Below are positions 12,701 through 26,228 of a DNA stretch of 64,000 nt, in pieces. The notes under the pieces were generated by a model. That model was not told the origin of the DNA. It made no database searches and saw only the letters and a program-made list of their open reading frames with translations. The stretch is taken from positions 2,790,001 through 2,854,000 of the forward strand of contig BQFW01000004.1 in the NCBI GenBank assembly GCA_020891255.1, in the 5' to 3' direction. Positions within the stretch are counted from its first letter, which is position 1; the number at the start of each line of letters is the position of its first letter. The position numbers and the translations under genes are program-made. The DNA comes from Entomortierella parvispora E1425 (taxonomy: Eukaryota; Fungi; Mortierellomycota).

Positions 12701-15700
12701 TCTGCTTTGTCGTTATGTACATCGTTCTCATCGTCTAGACACGGGCTACGGCTTGGGCAATTGTTAAGCACGTTGAAGAGGTTTAATCATTGTTTTCATT
12801 CTTTTTCTTGACAGTGCTTTGTAAAGTAGAGTGGTCTACCTGGTGAGTTCCATCCCCATCCTTTGCCCCGTTCCAGAAAGAACATACCTGGGTCCTCCCT
12901 TGGGAGACGAAGGGGTGGGATTCACTTCTCCCGTGTGCAATTGGCGTCCCCAATTGATTTTTTTTTTGAGTCACCTTCCTTCACGGTAAGGCTGCAGTTG
13001 GCATGTTCGCCATTGTTGTTTTTGTTCGGTGCCGCTGGTGATCTATTCCTGACATGATTGTTTTGGGACCATGATTGTTTGCCAAATAAAGATATACCGC
13101 GTTGTCCAGACTCTGGCATGTGAAAATCAAATTGTTCCCTTGGACAACAATAATAATAATATGGGAGCCTGTTCTCTTCTATCATCGCTCATTCTTTCTT
13201 TTTTTTTTTTTTTTTTTTTTTTGTAGGGAGAACTAAAGGAGGAGAGGGGGGAGGGAGAGAGCGGGATTGCCGGGAGTGTGGAGCAGGAGAATAAAAAAAG
13301 AGGAAAAGCGCGTGAAATTCGCTAAAAGAGAAGACAACGTGGCGTGATCCCCCTTTTCACATCGGGGAGACTTTGTCTTCTCCACTTTTTTTTTTTTTTG
13401 CTATCATTTTCACATGCCGGCGCAAGGGCCAGGTGTGTTTGTGTTGCCGTTGTTTGTTTTGCTTGGACGGATGGAATTGGAATGCCTACCCTTTGTTTTA
13501 TCAAAGGTTGTTTGTGTTGTTATTCTTTTTTTTTTTTTTTTTTTGCTTTTGTCTTTTCACCTGTTATGTAACCTTGAACAAAACGTGGAATGTATAAGAG
13601 GTCCCCCGTACGACGTGACAATTTATTTTTTCCCCCAATTGAATGAACCCTTGGAACCCTCCGGAAAGGACCCTGGACTTTTTGTCCTTTAGTCTCCATG
13701 CTGTGTTCAATTCTGGCTCTGGTTGGGTTGAGAAACATCAACAATAATGACGATGGATCCAAGGTGGATCAGGACATGAGGGAAGGAATGTGCATCGGGG
13801 TGTACATGGGCACGGTACTCTTATCATATGGCGCCCTTTTTTGTTTAAAAAAAAAATAGAACCCAAGGATTCATTATCAGGCGCTCGGATTGCTTTGGAC
13901 TTTCGATCATCCCCCGCCGGACCACCACCTTTCAAGACCGGCGCACAATATCTTTGGCTCCGCCTCTTTTATTTTGATTCACAAAAGTTCACGGCCATGG
14001 AGACACGAGCCTCTTTTTTTTTATCTTGGTGATACACATCTTTTTTTTTGCTGGTGCGGTTCCTCTCGATTCACATTATAGCTCTGTTCTTCACTGTTGG
14101 ATGGCTCCTGCCCTCTGAATTTGCCTCAACAATTGAAGCACAGCCATGTGTGTTGAAAAACGCCTGTACCCGCGCAATTTTTGAATAAACCCCTCGTTCA
14201 TACTTTAATCGGCCTGTCTCTTTTTTTCTGTGTCTCCCTCTCCCCGTTCTATGTGCCCATTTTTAATCTTGCCCAGGTGTGGAAATTTCTCACAGTTGTT
14301 TGTCGACCTTAATCTTAATGATCTTTGTGCGTGTTGTTGCGGCAGTTGCACCAACAAACAGCAATAACAACAAGGGGTTTGGTGGCGAGATATTCGGCAC
14401 AAATCATTATCGTGCAGGGGTGGACAAAGATAAAGACCAAGATTAAAGCTAATCAAGGGCCTGGCCTTCATGGAACTCCCTCCAGTGAATCTTGCGGACC
14501 CTTTGAGAAGCCCCTGAACATTAATAGTTCATCCTCCCATCCTCCAGATTTTAAACCGCCTGTCCCCATTACGTTTGTTCGCTTAAAGAAAACCTCTCAT
14601 TCTTGATACGCGACTCCCAAAAGGACGTGCAACATCGTGTTCAAAGATTCAACGTTCCAACGCCTTTTTTTTTTTAAAAAAAAAGTCTCGACCACCTTCA
14701 ACACAGCACAAAGAAGATATCAAGTCATTGGTTCCGCTTTCCTTACCCGAATGAGCTAGTTCGGCACGGGTCGCTTCTTCCCTATCGCTTCACAGCGCTT
14801 GTCAAAACAAAAAAAGGGCTCGAGGGTGCGAAGCAGCTGTTTAGTAGGAGAAAAATTTACAGCCAGTGAAGGCGTCAAGGAAGATGAGCGCGAACACATC
14901 ATTCGCTCCTGTAGGTCAGCCTTGCCCCCCTCCCCCATGAAAAATAAGTAAAGGCGGAGTTAAGCCCTTTGACCACTGTCAGAGACTTGGGCAAGCATGG
15001 TTGAGCAATACGGCGTAATTTTTATTCGCATCCCCATGGGCGCTGACGAAAGGAGGCCGTTTTTTTCCCTCTCTTTTGCTGCTGCTGATGAGCAAAGTAC
15101 AAAAGTTACTAGCCAAGGAGTGGAGAGATAGGGTCCGCGGAGAGAAATTGAAGTAGCGAACGTACAGGTGGACAGACAATTGGCCGCATGGTAGGCGATG
15201 GCGTCTTTTTTATGAATCGCGCGTCTGGCCAAAAAAAACCACACAAATCGAAAGACCAGAGAACGGTTGGAGGTCCCTTGAATATGGAAGAATTTAGTCC
15301 GCACAGGGGGAAAGCTTTGGGACTGTGGAACCACTTCAAAAAGACGTTCGGAAAATGGTTTGGATGGTCTGTGTGGCCATTGGCTGTTTCTTTTAAGAAC
15401 CATCCACATCCCCAGCCATGTGAATGGGTCTGAGAGATTTTTAAACGTTCCGCATGGAATTATACAGTAGAGGCAATTATATCTTTGTGTGTGTTTGCGG
15501 AGTGTGTTGCTGTGCTTGACTCTCTTGCGGTGTCATTGCAGATGGTCTATGCACAACGCGGGCAATTGAGGAATCAATCATCCTCGAACCGGACATTCCG
15601 AACCGTTGCTAGGGCAAGTTGTTTCGCGATCGACATGTGCCGACGGCCTTCGAAGTCCCCATCGGTCCATAGATGTCCTTTGTGTTTCTCTTCGTGTTTC

Positions 15701-15840
15701 TCTTCGTGTTTCTCCTACCAAGGTCGAGTTCCTAGGAATAGAGAACATGGTGCATGCAAGTTCGACCCTCCGTCATTTGTCCAAAATCCAAACTTTTTGT
15801 TTTTTGCCACTCGGCCGCCAGTTTATTCTATATTCTATGT

Positions 15841-16675
15841 CTAAGCATTCAAGGCACCCGAGTGAGCATCCTTGAGAGAATCGCACCAGGCGACATGTCT
15901 CCAATTGGCCGTGTTCAAATGTTCGACCTCTCGATGACGGTCTCCGCTCCATCCTTTCATGGCCGTTTGCAAGATCTGCAAGGCATCTCCGTGGCTCACC
16001 AGAATCACCCAAGTCTTCACTGCGGATTCTTGACCAGTCTGTTCTTCGCTTTCTACTCTACGGACGACTCCTGTAGCACGCTCTGTCACCTCGTTTACAG
16101 ATTCGACCCCAAAGGAGCGATGGAAGGGGTTTCTGGAGTCCTCAATCCAGACCTGGTCATAAATGTTATCGGATGGGGTCGCCAATTCAAATTCGCCAAA
16201 GAATCTCTCCCTCAGATCTTTATCGGTCTCGATCTCTCCCTTGACAGTAAGTTGGTCAAACTCCAGACTCTTTTGCTGGATACTCTCATGAATGAGATGG
16301 GCCGTATGCTGAGTGCGGAGAAAGGGGGATGCAACGATCCGGATTTGACTGGTGGTGCCTGAAGAGGTCGACTGGAGAATGTATTCCAGCAAAGACGCGA
16401 CCGACTAAATCAAAGAAGCAAAAACGAGAAGCCTAGAATGAGTAGAGGAAACCCTTTCTCTTGCGCGGGAGCCGTTTCCTTCCACGAGAAACCATCGTTT
16501 GCAGAGGATTCTTTTTTACCTCTTTGACTTCCCCGCGCCCGCGATCCGAAAGCCCAAATCCGGTACCAAAAGGTCCGCCAGTTTTCTTGGTGCCATGCTC
16601 CAGGGATGAGACTACGCGTGACTCCAGGTTGGCGAGTGAATGCCCATGGCGAAAGAGGACGAATTCCAAGGTCAT
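15841..16675 (-). CDS. Histidine phosphatase (phosphoglycerate mutase-like family), 2 exons
   Basis: MTLEFVLFRHGHSLAN (RHG motif), GLSDRG, intron, then IVASPFLRTQHTA, DLRERFFGEFE, GVESV and ILVSHGDALQIL. Confidence 0.9.
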
Positions 16676-16924
16676 GTTCTTAGATGGGATTGAATGAACG
16701 GATTAATGAATGAATGAATGAATGGATGGATGAATGTCAAGAGCAAAAAAAGGTTGGGGACACAGACCACGTTTTTCCAACAGAGGTGGACACTCGTTCC
16801 CCTCTTTGTTGACCGTCTCAGCAGTAACTTGACCAGCCACCAACGATTACACAGATCCAAAGGTATTTATTTGTATATCAGTTCTTTCTCAACGACGCGA
16901 ACATGGACGGACACCAAAGCCTCT

Positions 16925-18972
16925 TTAAAGCCTCTTGCCAGCGACCCAGGTGTTGAACATCTCGAGCGACTCCTCGGGCTTGTCGTAGGGGAGCATGTGT
17001 CCACCTCCGAAAGCACGCAAGAAGGTCAAGGGGCCAGAGGTGCGGACATCACCAGCATGGTGACCGTTGGCAATCCACTTCTTGTCCTTCTTCTCCTGCA
17101 TCTTGAGCTGACCAGACCAGGGCAATGAGATGGCCCAGGCCTTGTTGCCCATCCAGTTGCAAATGAAATCGGCGTCACCAGCGTACAAAAGAACGCGGAT
17201 ACCATCCTCCAACAGTGGGGGGACCATGCGGTGGAAGGGCTTCATCCAGTCTCCCTGGAGCATGAAGCGCATGTTGATCTGCATGTTGCACGACTGGTAC
17301 TTCTCAACCTGGACACCGAGCTCCTCCTTGACATCCTCGCGGTTCAAGTAGTCCTGGATCACATCCAAGATGGGGTAGCACAATCCTCCACCACCCTCGC
17401 ACTTCTTGCGGACATCATAGGGGTTCTGGCCAGACATCTGGTAGGGCGAAATCATCTCCTTGTTGCAGTAGGCGGCAGCGGGCAAGCAACGGAAGACAGA
17501 CTCGGTATCGTAGCAGGCCTGAATCTGATCGGCACAGGCAGGGTAGGCAGCGGTCATCTTGTCACAGGTCTCATCGTCCAAGACGGGGCCATACGAGTTG
17601 CGGCAAGCCATCTCAGGGTAGTATTCATACTGGGTCTTGGGATCAGTCAAGCCGTTTCCGATCATGAGCGAGGCCAAGTTGATGTGCTGGATACCGGGAG
17701 CGCGAAGAAGAGGAGTAGCAATCTTCTTGTTCTGCTGGTTGATCTCCTGACCAATGGCGGGGATGTAGTGTCCAGCATAGGACTCTCCTGCAACGTGGAA
17801 ATCAAGACGCTGGTACTCGGGGAACTCCTTGAAGAAGACCTGGAGAAGAGCATAGACATCCTTGGCGGCAGTGAAGGTGTTGGAGACAGAGTCACCATAG
17901 GAGAAGCCAACGTTGGTGGGCTGGTCCAAGAAGATCATGGACGAGTTGGAGTTCCAGGAGTGGGGGTTGTAGAGAGTGCCAGAGCCATCCTCCTTGACGC
18001 TGCAGGGTCCGAGTTCCATGAAGAGTCCAGTGAGCGAAGAGCAACCTGGGCCACCGTTCAACCAGAGGGTCAAAGGATCCGACTTTGGCTTGTTGCGGGA
18101 CTCGAAAAACCAAAAGAAGAAGTGCTTGCCAGAACCGACATCAAGGTATCCAGAGTACTAGAGGAAACATCGAAAAAAGGTTAATCATCGCAAGTCCAGA
18201 GAAGGTCAAGTGGGTGGCTGGTGGTGACCAAGGACGACATCAGAAGGAACCCAAGGGGAGCTGAAGGAAAACAAGGAGAAGGGGGAAATGACCCCAGATC
18301 ACATCATTAACGGTGGCACAGAACTGAAGGCAAACGGTGACGACGCGCATTGTCATCATGCCTCCGTTCGCTTTGTTCACCTGAGCTCTGTTTGAGGAAA
18401 CCAGTGAGCCCTGCTGCTGCGTCTTCTCCCCTTGTCCTTTCGTTGCAGAAAGTCGACTGCGTTTGCCAATCCAATCCAGCTGGAGCTGGAGCTGGAGACA
18501 GTGTCTCTCCAAATATCCAATAAAACGGGCCATTCCAGGACCAAACTAACTGTGCCAAGAGTCCTTTTGTCCACCGTACGGGCGCTATAGAAGGTATCCA
18601 GTAAACTCATGGAGACAACATGGAGTATCTCTTTACCTGCTTGACGCTAGGGTCGCAGAGCTTGGGCTCCTTGAGACGCAGCTGGACACCGGGGAAGGAC
18701 TCGTGGGTGAGGGTCTTGACCCAGTCGGTAGCCTTGTCGACCTTGGACTTGAACTTGTCAGAAAGGTCCTCGAGAACATCGTGGACCTTCTCGTCGACGT
18801 TGTCCCAGCTAAAGTCAAGCTGGCTGATGGTCTGGTCGACAAAGCCGTCGGCTTCCTTGAGGAGCGAGTTGAGAGAAGGGTTGGCCTGAACGGCAGGGGT
18901 GGCGAAGAGCAAGGCCGAGGTGGCGAGCGAGAGCACACAGGCAGAGACGGCCAGGCGCTTGGAGAAGACCAT
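16925..18972 (-). CDS. PRC1: Carboxypeptidase Y (S10 serine carboxypeptidase) with signal and propeptide
   Basis: Signal peptide MVFSKRLAVSACVLSL; LCDPSVKQ|YSGYLD across intron 18158-18636; WLNGGPGCSS; GESYAGHYIP (catalytic Ser); YAGDADFICNW (Asp); GGHMLPYDKP (His). Confidence 0.97.
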
Positions 18973-19725
18973 GGTGTGTTTGGAGAGGAGAGGAAGGGGG
19001 GAGGAGGGAGGAGGGAGGGTTGATGGAGAAAAGAAGAAGAAGAAGAAGAATGGAATGAGAAAAAAAAAAAAGAAAAGGGAACAGGAAACGAATGAGCAAA
19101 CTGTCGTGCGTGTGCGATGCAACGGACGGGCAAAGGACAGACAGACAGACAGACGGACCTACCAGCCAAAAAGACAATAATGCATTCAGACCCGATGGTC
19201 GACTGCGTAGGGCTCACCTTCTCACCTTGTTTCTTCTCCTGCCGCGACTGCGTGGGGAACCATCATCGCCATCATCATTGTCAATGGTCCTAGCTGTTCT
19301 TCGCCCTTGCTCTCTCTCTCTCCCTCTTGCGCCACATCCGGGGTCTGTCAACAGTCTCATCCCTGGGGAACCATCATCTCTCCCCATAGCCACCCCCTCC
19401 GTCACCAGGTGCGTCCTGTGGAAGGGCCTGGGTGGATCGCCCTGAGAAACAACGGCAACCATGCTCCCTTCCTTTTTTGGCACGCATTTCTTCATTTGTT
19501 CGACTTTGGCTCCGTGGGACAGAAACGGGACGCTCATCCTCCATTTTATTGTTTGCTTCGGGACTATGTGGATGGATGCAAACGATAGTACGGACTTTTG
19601 TCCCCTGTTCTTTCTTGCTTTTGGAAACGATCCTTGCTTGGGAAATCAGACTCGACCACAAAAAAAAAAAAATATCTTGGCGTGAGGAAAAAAAAACTGA
19701 ACGCTTTGGGCAGAGAACCGATGGC

Positions 19726-20958
19726 TCAGAGCGCCTGTGAGGGCTCAGCGGTTGGTGCACGAGCTGCAACAGCAGGGGCAGGGGCAGCAGGGGCAGCGGT
19801 GTTGGTAGCGGTAGGCGCATCGCATGCGTTTGGCTTCGTGCTCGTGGCAGCTACATCGCGACCCTTTTGCATTCTCTCCTCCAAAGCAGCGCGCTCACCC
19901 TTGGCCTGGGCCATATCTTCAGGGCTCAAGGCCACGCCAGTGAGCTGGCTGCAAGCCTCGAGGACTTGGTCCGCCTGTGCAATATCGCCCCAGACCTTTT
20001 CCACATGCTCGTACGCGATGCCCTCATCTCCTGCCTTGACGACATACAATCCACCAAGGATGCTAATTTGTGGACAAGGATATTCACAAAGGGCAGTTAA
20101 GACACCTGCCTGTATTCCTCCATTGTCATTTGACGCAAGTCATCAGCAAATGGGAAAAGGAAGGGTACTTACTGGCCGTTGCCCTCAAAGTTGCCTTTGA
20201 CTCCTGAGCGCTTGTTTCGCAAAAAGTTGCTCCAGAACGCGGGTTTGATCAGCTGCTCCCAACTTCCCATGCGCAGGCGACCTCCACTAATCATAATTCA
20301 AATAAAGAGAAAAAAAAAAGGTCAGTTGTTGGTCATCGCCCATGAAGAAAGACGGGATCGGCGACCGTTGGGTTCATAGACAACATACCCCAGGGCCTTG
20401 TAGAAACCCTTGCTCTCGTCAAAGTAGACTTGACCCTTCCAAAAGTCCTTTTGGAAGATATCGGAGCCTTCCTTTTCGTGAACGATGCAAACCATGCGCA
20501 TGCCCTAAAAAGACATCATGACAAAATCAAACAAAGAACATCATTATGAGCTAACTGCCCTCTGCCAAACCCAAGGGCGACCAGGGTATCGCGCTGTTAA
20601 TAAAAAAAAGCGTTACCATCTTCTCCTCGATAGTCTCTCTCTGCGCGTGAAAGATTCTTGCCTCTTCACGGCAGAACTGGCATCCAGGTCGGCGGATGAC
20701 TATGACAATACACCGTCGTCATGAAGTATAAAGAGAATATGATATTTTTAGCAACAAACCAGGCAGCGCGCGAGTTGTTAGAAGGTCATAGAGAACAACC
20801 ACCAGCGCTTGGCGTCCCCACTCACCAATGACGACAGCGGGTTGGGTCTTCCAGATTTCTTGCGCTTTCACTGTCTGCTGTTGTCCATCGTTCAAAAAGT
20901 CGGTCACCGGGATATCCCTGATGGCCTCGTATTGTGTGTTGACTTTGGCTGTAGTCAT
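19726..20958 (-). CDS. Peroxiredoxin-like 2 / AhpC-TSA_2 family redoxin (PRXL2A/FAM213-like), multi-exon
   Basis: Exons read MTTAKVNTQY..AQEIWKTQPAVVI, IRRPGCQFCREEA (CxxC), MVCIVHEK, YFDESKGFYKALG, GNFEGNG and LGGLYVVKAGDEGIAYEHVEKVWGD. Confidence 0.85.
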
Positions 20959-21510
20959 GGTGATTTTGAAACGGTTGAGTGCTGGTAGCTCGGTTTGTGT
21001 GGTGGGTGTTGGGTTGATGAGAGAAGAGATGGGAGACGTGACAGAGAAGAGGAGAGAGAGAAAATTAAAAAAAAAAAAAAAAACAGAGTGCCCGGACTTG
21101 ATCGACCTTTTTGTACTTTTCATCAGTCCTTTGGTCGCGCGGTGATCGGCAGATCAAGCAATAAAAACAAAACAAAAAAATGAGCCTTCTTGCGCTGTCG
21201 CTGAAGACGTTGCCTCTCGATCACCGCCGTCTCCCTCTCTCACTCTTTTGTCACCACTTGAGGGACGAGAACAACATCCTTCTAGTCAAAGCTGCCGTAG
21301 TTTCGCGGTCCAGAAATTATCCTCTGCCGCTGCTTCGCACAGGCCTAAAGGCTAAAAAGCCTAGTTTTCAACGCCTCACCTTGACTTCATCAACAAACAA
21401 AACAGACAAAAAAAGCAAGCGGCGTCAACGGTCTCAGTAAAATTCTGGGCGAAGTGTCTGTGGCTGTAGCAATGGTGTTTATTTTCCGGTAGATGTCTTT
21501 CTGATGTAGC

Positions 21511-22230
21511 CTACTTCAGTCGCTTTTCAAATATTTCCAAAAACTCTGGCTCGTGTAGGTTCTCAAAGGGTCGGCGGCCACTCTTCCCCTTTGTCCACTC
21601 TGAGTATCGAACTTGGCCCATCTCCTCAAAGCCCAGTCGGTTCCTAAACAAGTGCTGAGTCGCAAACGCACTCGCCACAACCACCACTGCGTCACAATCC
21701 AGCTCCTTGGCCTTGCCCATTGCTGCATTCAACAGCTCCTTGGCCAATCCGAGGCCCTCGTACCTTGAATCGACTCCCAAAGCAATAAACTTCATGACCT
21801 TGGCATCTGGCTTTTCCTTGAAGAGAGTCGTCTTGTTCAACCACAGATCTGTCATATGGCTCAAAATCCCCTGCACGTCGTCACCCTCTTCAGATTCGCT
21901 GCCATCCTGACTTTGAGGCTGTTTTTTGTGCAATTTCTCTGCAGTCAAGAGACAACTGGTGCGGAATGCGACCAAACGACGAGGGCCAGCGAGAGAGGTG
22001 TCCTCCACCACAAAGGAGACTTGGTCCTTGACAGAGGCCTTTGCAATCTCGCGCCCCTCGGGCAGTCCCACGCCATGGTAGGCGCCCAATGGTTCCCGCT
22101 GGAATGTCTCGACAAAGAGTTGAGCCACTTCTCCTTGATCCTCGACAGTCATGGGCCGAAGAACCAGATGATCTGGTCGGCTGGCTACTGCTGTTGTTGG
22201 TTTGTTGGATGATCCGGTTGTTGATGTCAT
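21511..22230 (-). CDS. GNAT N-acetyltransferase (arylalkylamine NAT-like), intronless
   Basis: The likely ATG is at 22230 (MTSTTGSS). The protein contains VLRPMTVED, FQREPL, FIALGVDSRYEGLGLAKEL (acetyl-CoA motif A) and ATQHLFRNRLGFEE. Confidence 0.85.
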   Translation of the reverse strand: MTSTTGSSNKPTTAVASRPDHLVLRPMTVEDQGEVAQLFVETFQREPLGAYHGVGLPEGREIAKASVKDQVSFVVEDTSLAGPRRLVAFRTSCLLTAEKLHKKQPQSQDGSESEEGDDVQGILSHMTDLWLNKTTLFKEKPDAKVMKFIALGVDSRYEGLGLAKELLNAAMGKAKELDCDAVVVVASAFATQHLFRNRLGFEEMGQVRYSEWTKGKSGRRPFENLHEPEFLEIFEKRLK

Positions 22231-22532
22231 GGGAAGGGGGCGTGGGTATCGGTTGAAGAATAAAGAGAAGAGAAGAGAAAAGAAATGAAAGGTGAAATAT
22301 AGAAAAAAAAAACCTGTCTCAGAGGAGAACCTTCCTGGGGAACAGGCGGAGGTGAAAAGTTGACACGCCATGACGAAGAGAGAGACCGTCCTGCCGCGAA
22401 GGACGACGAAACGCCCTTTGTCCTTTATTTCAGGGTCCGCAATGCGGGTCGATGCATAGTGCCCTCCATTACAGGGCAGGATTGGGAAAGTTTTGTACAA
22501 AATGGATACTATTTTCATTGACGGCCAGGTCT

Positions 22533-25500
22533 TCAACCACCTGTGGGCTTCCTAGATGTACCATTACTACTGGTTTGACTGGGGACTTCAAAGTTTGCTG
22601 CCTCCAGTCTCGTCCTCATCAAGTACTCTATCCGACCAACAACATCGACCATCGAATATCTCTCAAGAAGCCGCTCCAACTCCTTGTTGTCCTTTGAAAA
22701 GAGGCTATGATCATCAGCACCGGTCCAGAAATGGTGTTGGATGGATTCTGTGAACAAGAGATAGAGCAATGGCATCAGTTTCTAGAGAAAACACACGGCG
22801 CTCAAAGATTCTGTTTTTTTTCTTACCATTTGCCCCTTGCCTCATATATTGTCGCGCAGCTGTTAGGTTTCCAGAGCACGCATCCAAAATGTCAATTGCC
22901 GTCAGCCTTGGTACGAGTTCAAGCACAGTCATCTTCCGGATCTGCTCTTTGTACTTGTGGCCTAGGTACAGCAAAAGGCGAGTGCGCTGCTGTTTGTCAT
23001 CGTCTGCGTCGCTGGTGCTGCCTAAGGCGATCTTAGCTTTAGGAAGATTATCCATGTAGAACTCTTTGCAAGGATCCGTGTTCCACTTGGCCCTCTTCCT
23101 AGAAGGCCCCTGAGAATCACCTGCGTGGACACGTCTTGTACGCGATGGAGCGGAAGTTGGCGAGGTCGAACGGCTCGTTTCGCTTTCCTCGCTCTCTTCG
23201 CTTTCCTCGTCACGAAGTGCTTCAATCTCTACAGCTTCCAAGATTTCAACCTGAGGGTCCTTGGCGTCTCTTGGACCGTCATCAGAATCGAGCAACAGCA
23301 CTGCCTCGACCACTTCCAGACCCCTTTGCTCCACATTGGTATTAGTTGCGCCGAGTCTTTCCGTGCTTTCCCTCTCGGTCTCCTTCGCGGTAACTATGGG
23401 ACCTTCGACAAGTCCCAAGGCCTCGACATATAAACCCTCGTCGTCGTCTTCGTCTAGATATTTCCCTTGGCTACCCTCCTCCTGCTCTGTCTCTTGGTTT
23501 ACATCTGATCTCTGGACCTCCTCTTCTGGAAATTCCCCCGACACATCTTCATTCTCAGACGAGTCCTTTGCAGAAAGCCCATCCTCAGGCTCTAGTCTTT
23601 CCGCATCTTGAGAATCAGCTACTTGCACAGGACCTTTTGCCGCCTCCTTTGCTTGGTCCAAACCTCTGTGACTAGCACTGTCGGCCTTGCTCTGGCTTAC
23701 ACTGTTAAACAGTGAGGATATGACAGAGTTGATCGCACCCACAAAGCCAAAACCGGATCGATCAAAGGTGGAGGATCCTGTGCCTGTTGTTCGCTGAGAT
23801 AGAATCTTCTCTGGGATGTGCATATCAAGGTCGACCGGCAATGGTGATTGTGACCTTTCCTCGGAACGGTTGCGGTCCCGCTTCTTCATCTTGGCTGAAA
23901 TCCGTCGCTTTACCTCCAAATCATCCTCATCGCTGAGTTCAGATGAGCTGCCTCGGTAGTCGATTTGAGGTTGGGGGCTTGGTCTGCCTTGTCCAGGCGG
24001 TATAGTATCCAAGCTTTCCTCAACCAACGAATCCTCCCTTCTGACTGATGAGCGCTTTACAGGCGAAAGCGTTTGTGGGAGAGGCAGGTTTGCTTGAGGC
24101 GAGCCTCGCCAAGCAGAGGGGCTAGACGGTGTGGCTACGTTCAACGACCAGTCCACATCTTCCTGATAGCCATCATCCTTCTCTTCCGGGTAGTTCTCTT
24201 GTTCTGGATACGAGTCAGCATTGTTATCGCCCAGAGAGAATGGCCCATCTGTAGGCAGAGTCTGTGCAGGGCGACCTAAATGCTCATCCAAAGCCGATTC
24301 TTCGCTGGGTGCTAATTCCTCGGATATCAGAGGTTCGGCCTCCGTGTTCACCTCTGGCTCTGCCTCCGGTACCACGTCTGGCGACGCAGACACAATTGTA
24401 GAAGGCAACTTCCTCTTCCGTGTGGTCTTTGTCGTTTTTGTCGTTTTTGTTGTCTTTGCCGTCTTTGCGCTTGGCGCGAGGTCCAGATTCTGTCGTTTTG
24501 ACATGGGGGTCACATACGAAACAAACTTCAAGTCTTTGTTAGGGCTTTGTGCCGTTGACGGCTTGCTTTGAGGTCGGGATTGTGAAATGCGACTCTGAGG
24601 TTCCTTCTTGGGGCTCAGCACCGAGTTGTGCTCATGATGCTGGGGAGGTGGCTGTAGTGGCTGCGAAAGTGGCTTCGAAAGTGTCCGTGATGTGCCACTT
24701 GATCGAGGTGAGAGTTTTGACATTTCCCGCTCGTGAAATTCCTGCTCGTCGTCTGAGCTGAGCTCAGTCAATCCCAACATCTCCAAGGGCATGGACGCTG
24801 ATAGGGACATATCAACTTGATGAATCTGAGACGTTGAATGCTGAGCTACGCGAGCGTCGTTGTCGTCGTCGTCGTCGTCACTATCGAGAACCTCCACAGC
24901 ATCCCTAGACACCTGCGATGGTGCCGATGGTCGCTCTGTTGGCGTGGGCTGCGATACGCGGTGTCTTTCGTTCTGATGGTTCGTTTCAGTCGTATTATCC
25001 TGCTCAGTGTCAGCGTCCAATGCCTCGTTTGTCTCGGAAGGTGCTAGTTTCGGCGCGGTTACTGCATGAGAGCTGCTTTGACTAACACTCCGTTGACTTT
25101 TCTGTAGTTCTGCCAACTTTTGTGCTCGAATAGCCTTGCTAGTCTCATATGGCGATGGAGGCTCAGTTAATCTCAGGACTTTGGCGCGATCTTTCCAGGA
25201 AGACCAAGGGTGTCTCTTGTTCTACAGGTGATTGAGATTTGGTAGGTGAGTAGAGGCTCGGGGAACACACATTTGATGCCAATTAGCAGAAACCCAGGGA
25301 TTCTTACAAATGCTGCAAAGGTATGGTATATGCGATTCCCTTTGAGATTGCTCGATCCCTTTGCTTTCAAGGATGCAATATACTTGCGAAGGTCGGCATC
25401 ATCCTGGCTGGTAAATGGGACCTTGTCCTTGCTGTTCGTTCGTCGAAGTCGATAGGTAAGATTGTCATGTTCCAGAATTCGTCCTTGCCTGATGCAATCA

Positions 25501-26013
25501 TCAACCCACGCTGTAGAAAACATGGCTTCACTATAGCTCTTGTCGGGGTCTGCCAGTTTGATGAATGCGTCTCTTTCATCAAAAGTCACCTTTCCACCAT
25601 GTGACTACAAGAGGAGGAGGAGGACCACTGATTAAACACACGTCCATGCTCATTCCATTATCTCGAACGCTCGATCGTTCTGATCGTCGTTACCTCGATT
25701 CGAAGCTGGAGTGATGGACCATCCTGAACCTCCTTTGAGATGCAAAAGAAGAGTGGCCGTCCGCTCTTGTTGACAAACAGCTTCTGATGTTGTGCTCGAG
25801 TTCTCGAGGAGGATGGCTTGTCCATGGTTGTGATTGGATCCGATGCCGGTGCACGTCGAGTTTGATGAGCTTCTCTATTTCTCTATTTTCCAGGCGTCGT
25901 GTCAAGTGGATGTACAGTGTCCCTGAGGCTGTGGTCCGAGCCGGGGTGGGGTCGAAGTGATCGGTTGAGCGCGAGAGCGAGAATGAAAACAGAGCGCGAT
26001 GTAGGTGAGGCAT
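22533..26013 (-). CDS. RAP1: Telomere protein Rap1/TERF2IP homolog (BRCT, Myb, long acidic linker, RCT); exact start uncertain
   Basis: BRCT-like HGGKVTF..LADP..STAWVDDCI; Myb PFTSQDDADLRKYI..GNRIYHTF|..RHPWSSWKDR; C-terminal ILDACSGNLTAA and WTGADDHSL..LLERY..GRIEYL fit the Rap1 C-terminal domain. Confidence 0.85.
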
Positions 26014-26228
26014 GCGCGCTCCTCCTCCGTGGGGAAGGCAGTCCAGTCCAGTCAATCCGTGGGCCACAAACAGGCTTTTTTCACCGCTCGCTCGCCGCCA
26101 CCCGCCACCAAATGAAGATCGCGCGCCCATTTTGTCCTTTTCGTGTTGTTGCTCCCTTTCGTCTTTTTCCTTCTTTCTCTCTGTCCCTCCTCCTTCTTTC
26201 TTTATTCCCCCCTCATACCCTTATTGCG

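Noticed and set aside
9000-15800. Dozens of 60-150 aa ORFs in the long spacer
   Set aside because: They are dominated by poly-K/F and microsatellite translations, overlap in all frames, and show no motifs or consistent splice structure.
17231-18184. 317-aa plus-strand ORF (and similar ORFs at 7668-8840)
   Set aside because: Antisense shadows of carboxypeptidase Y and the C2H2 gene.
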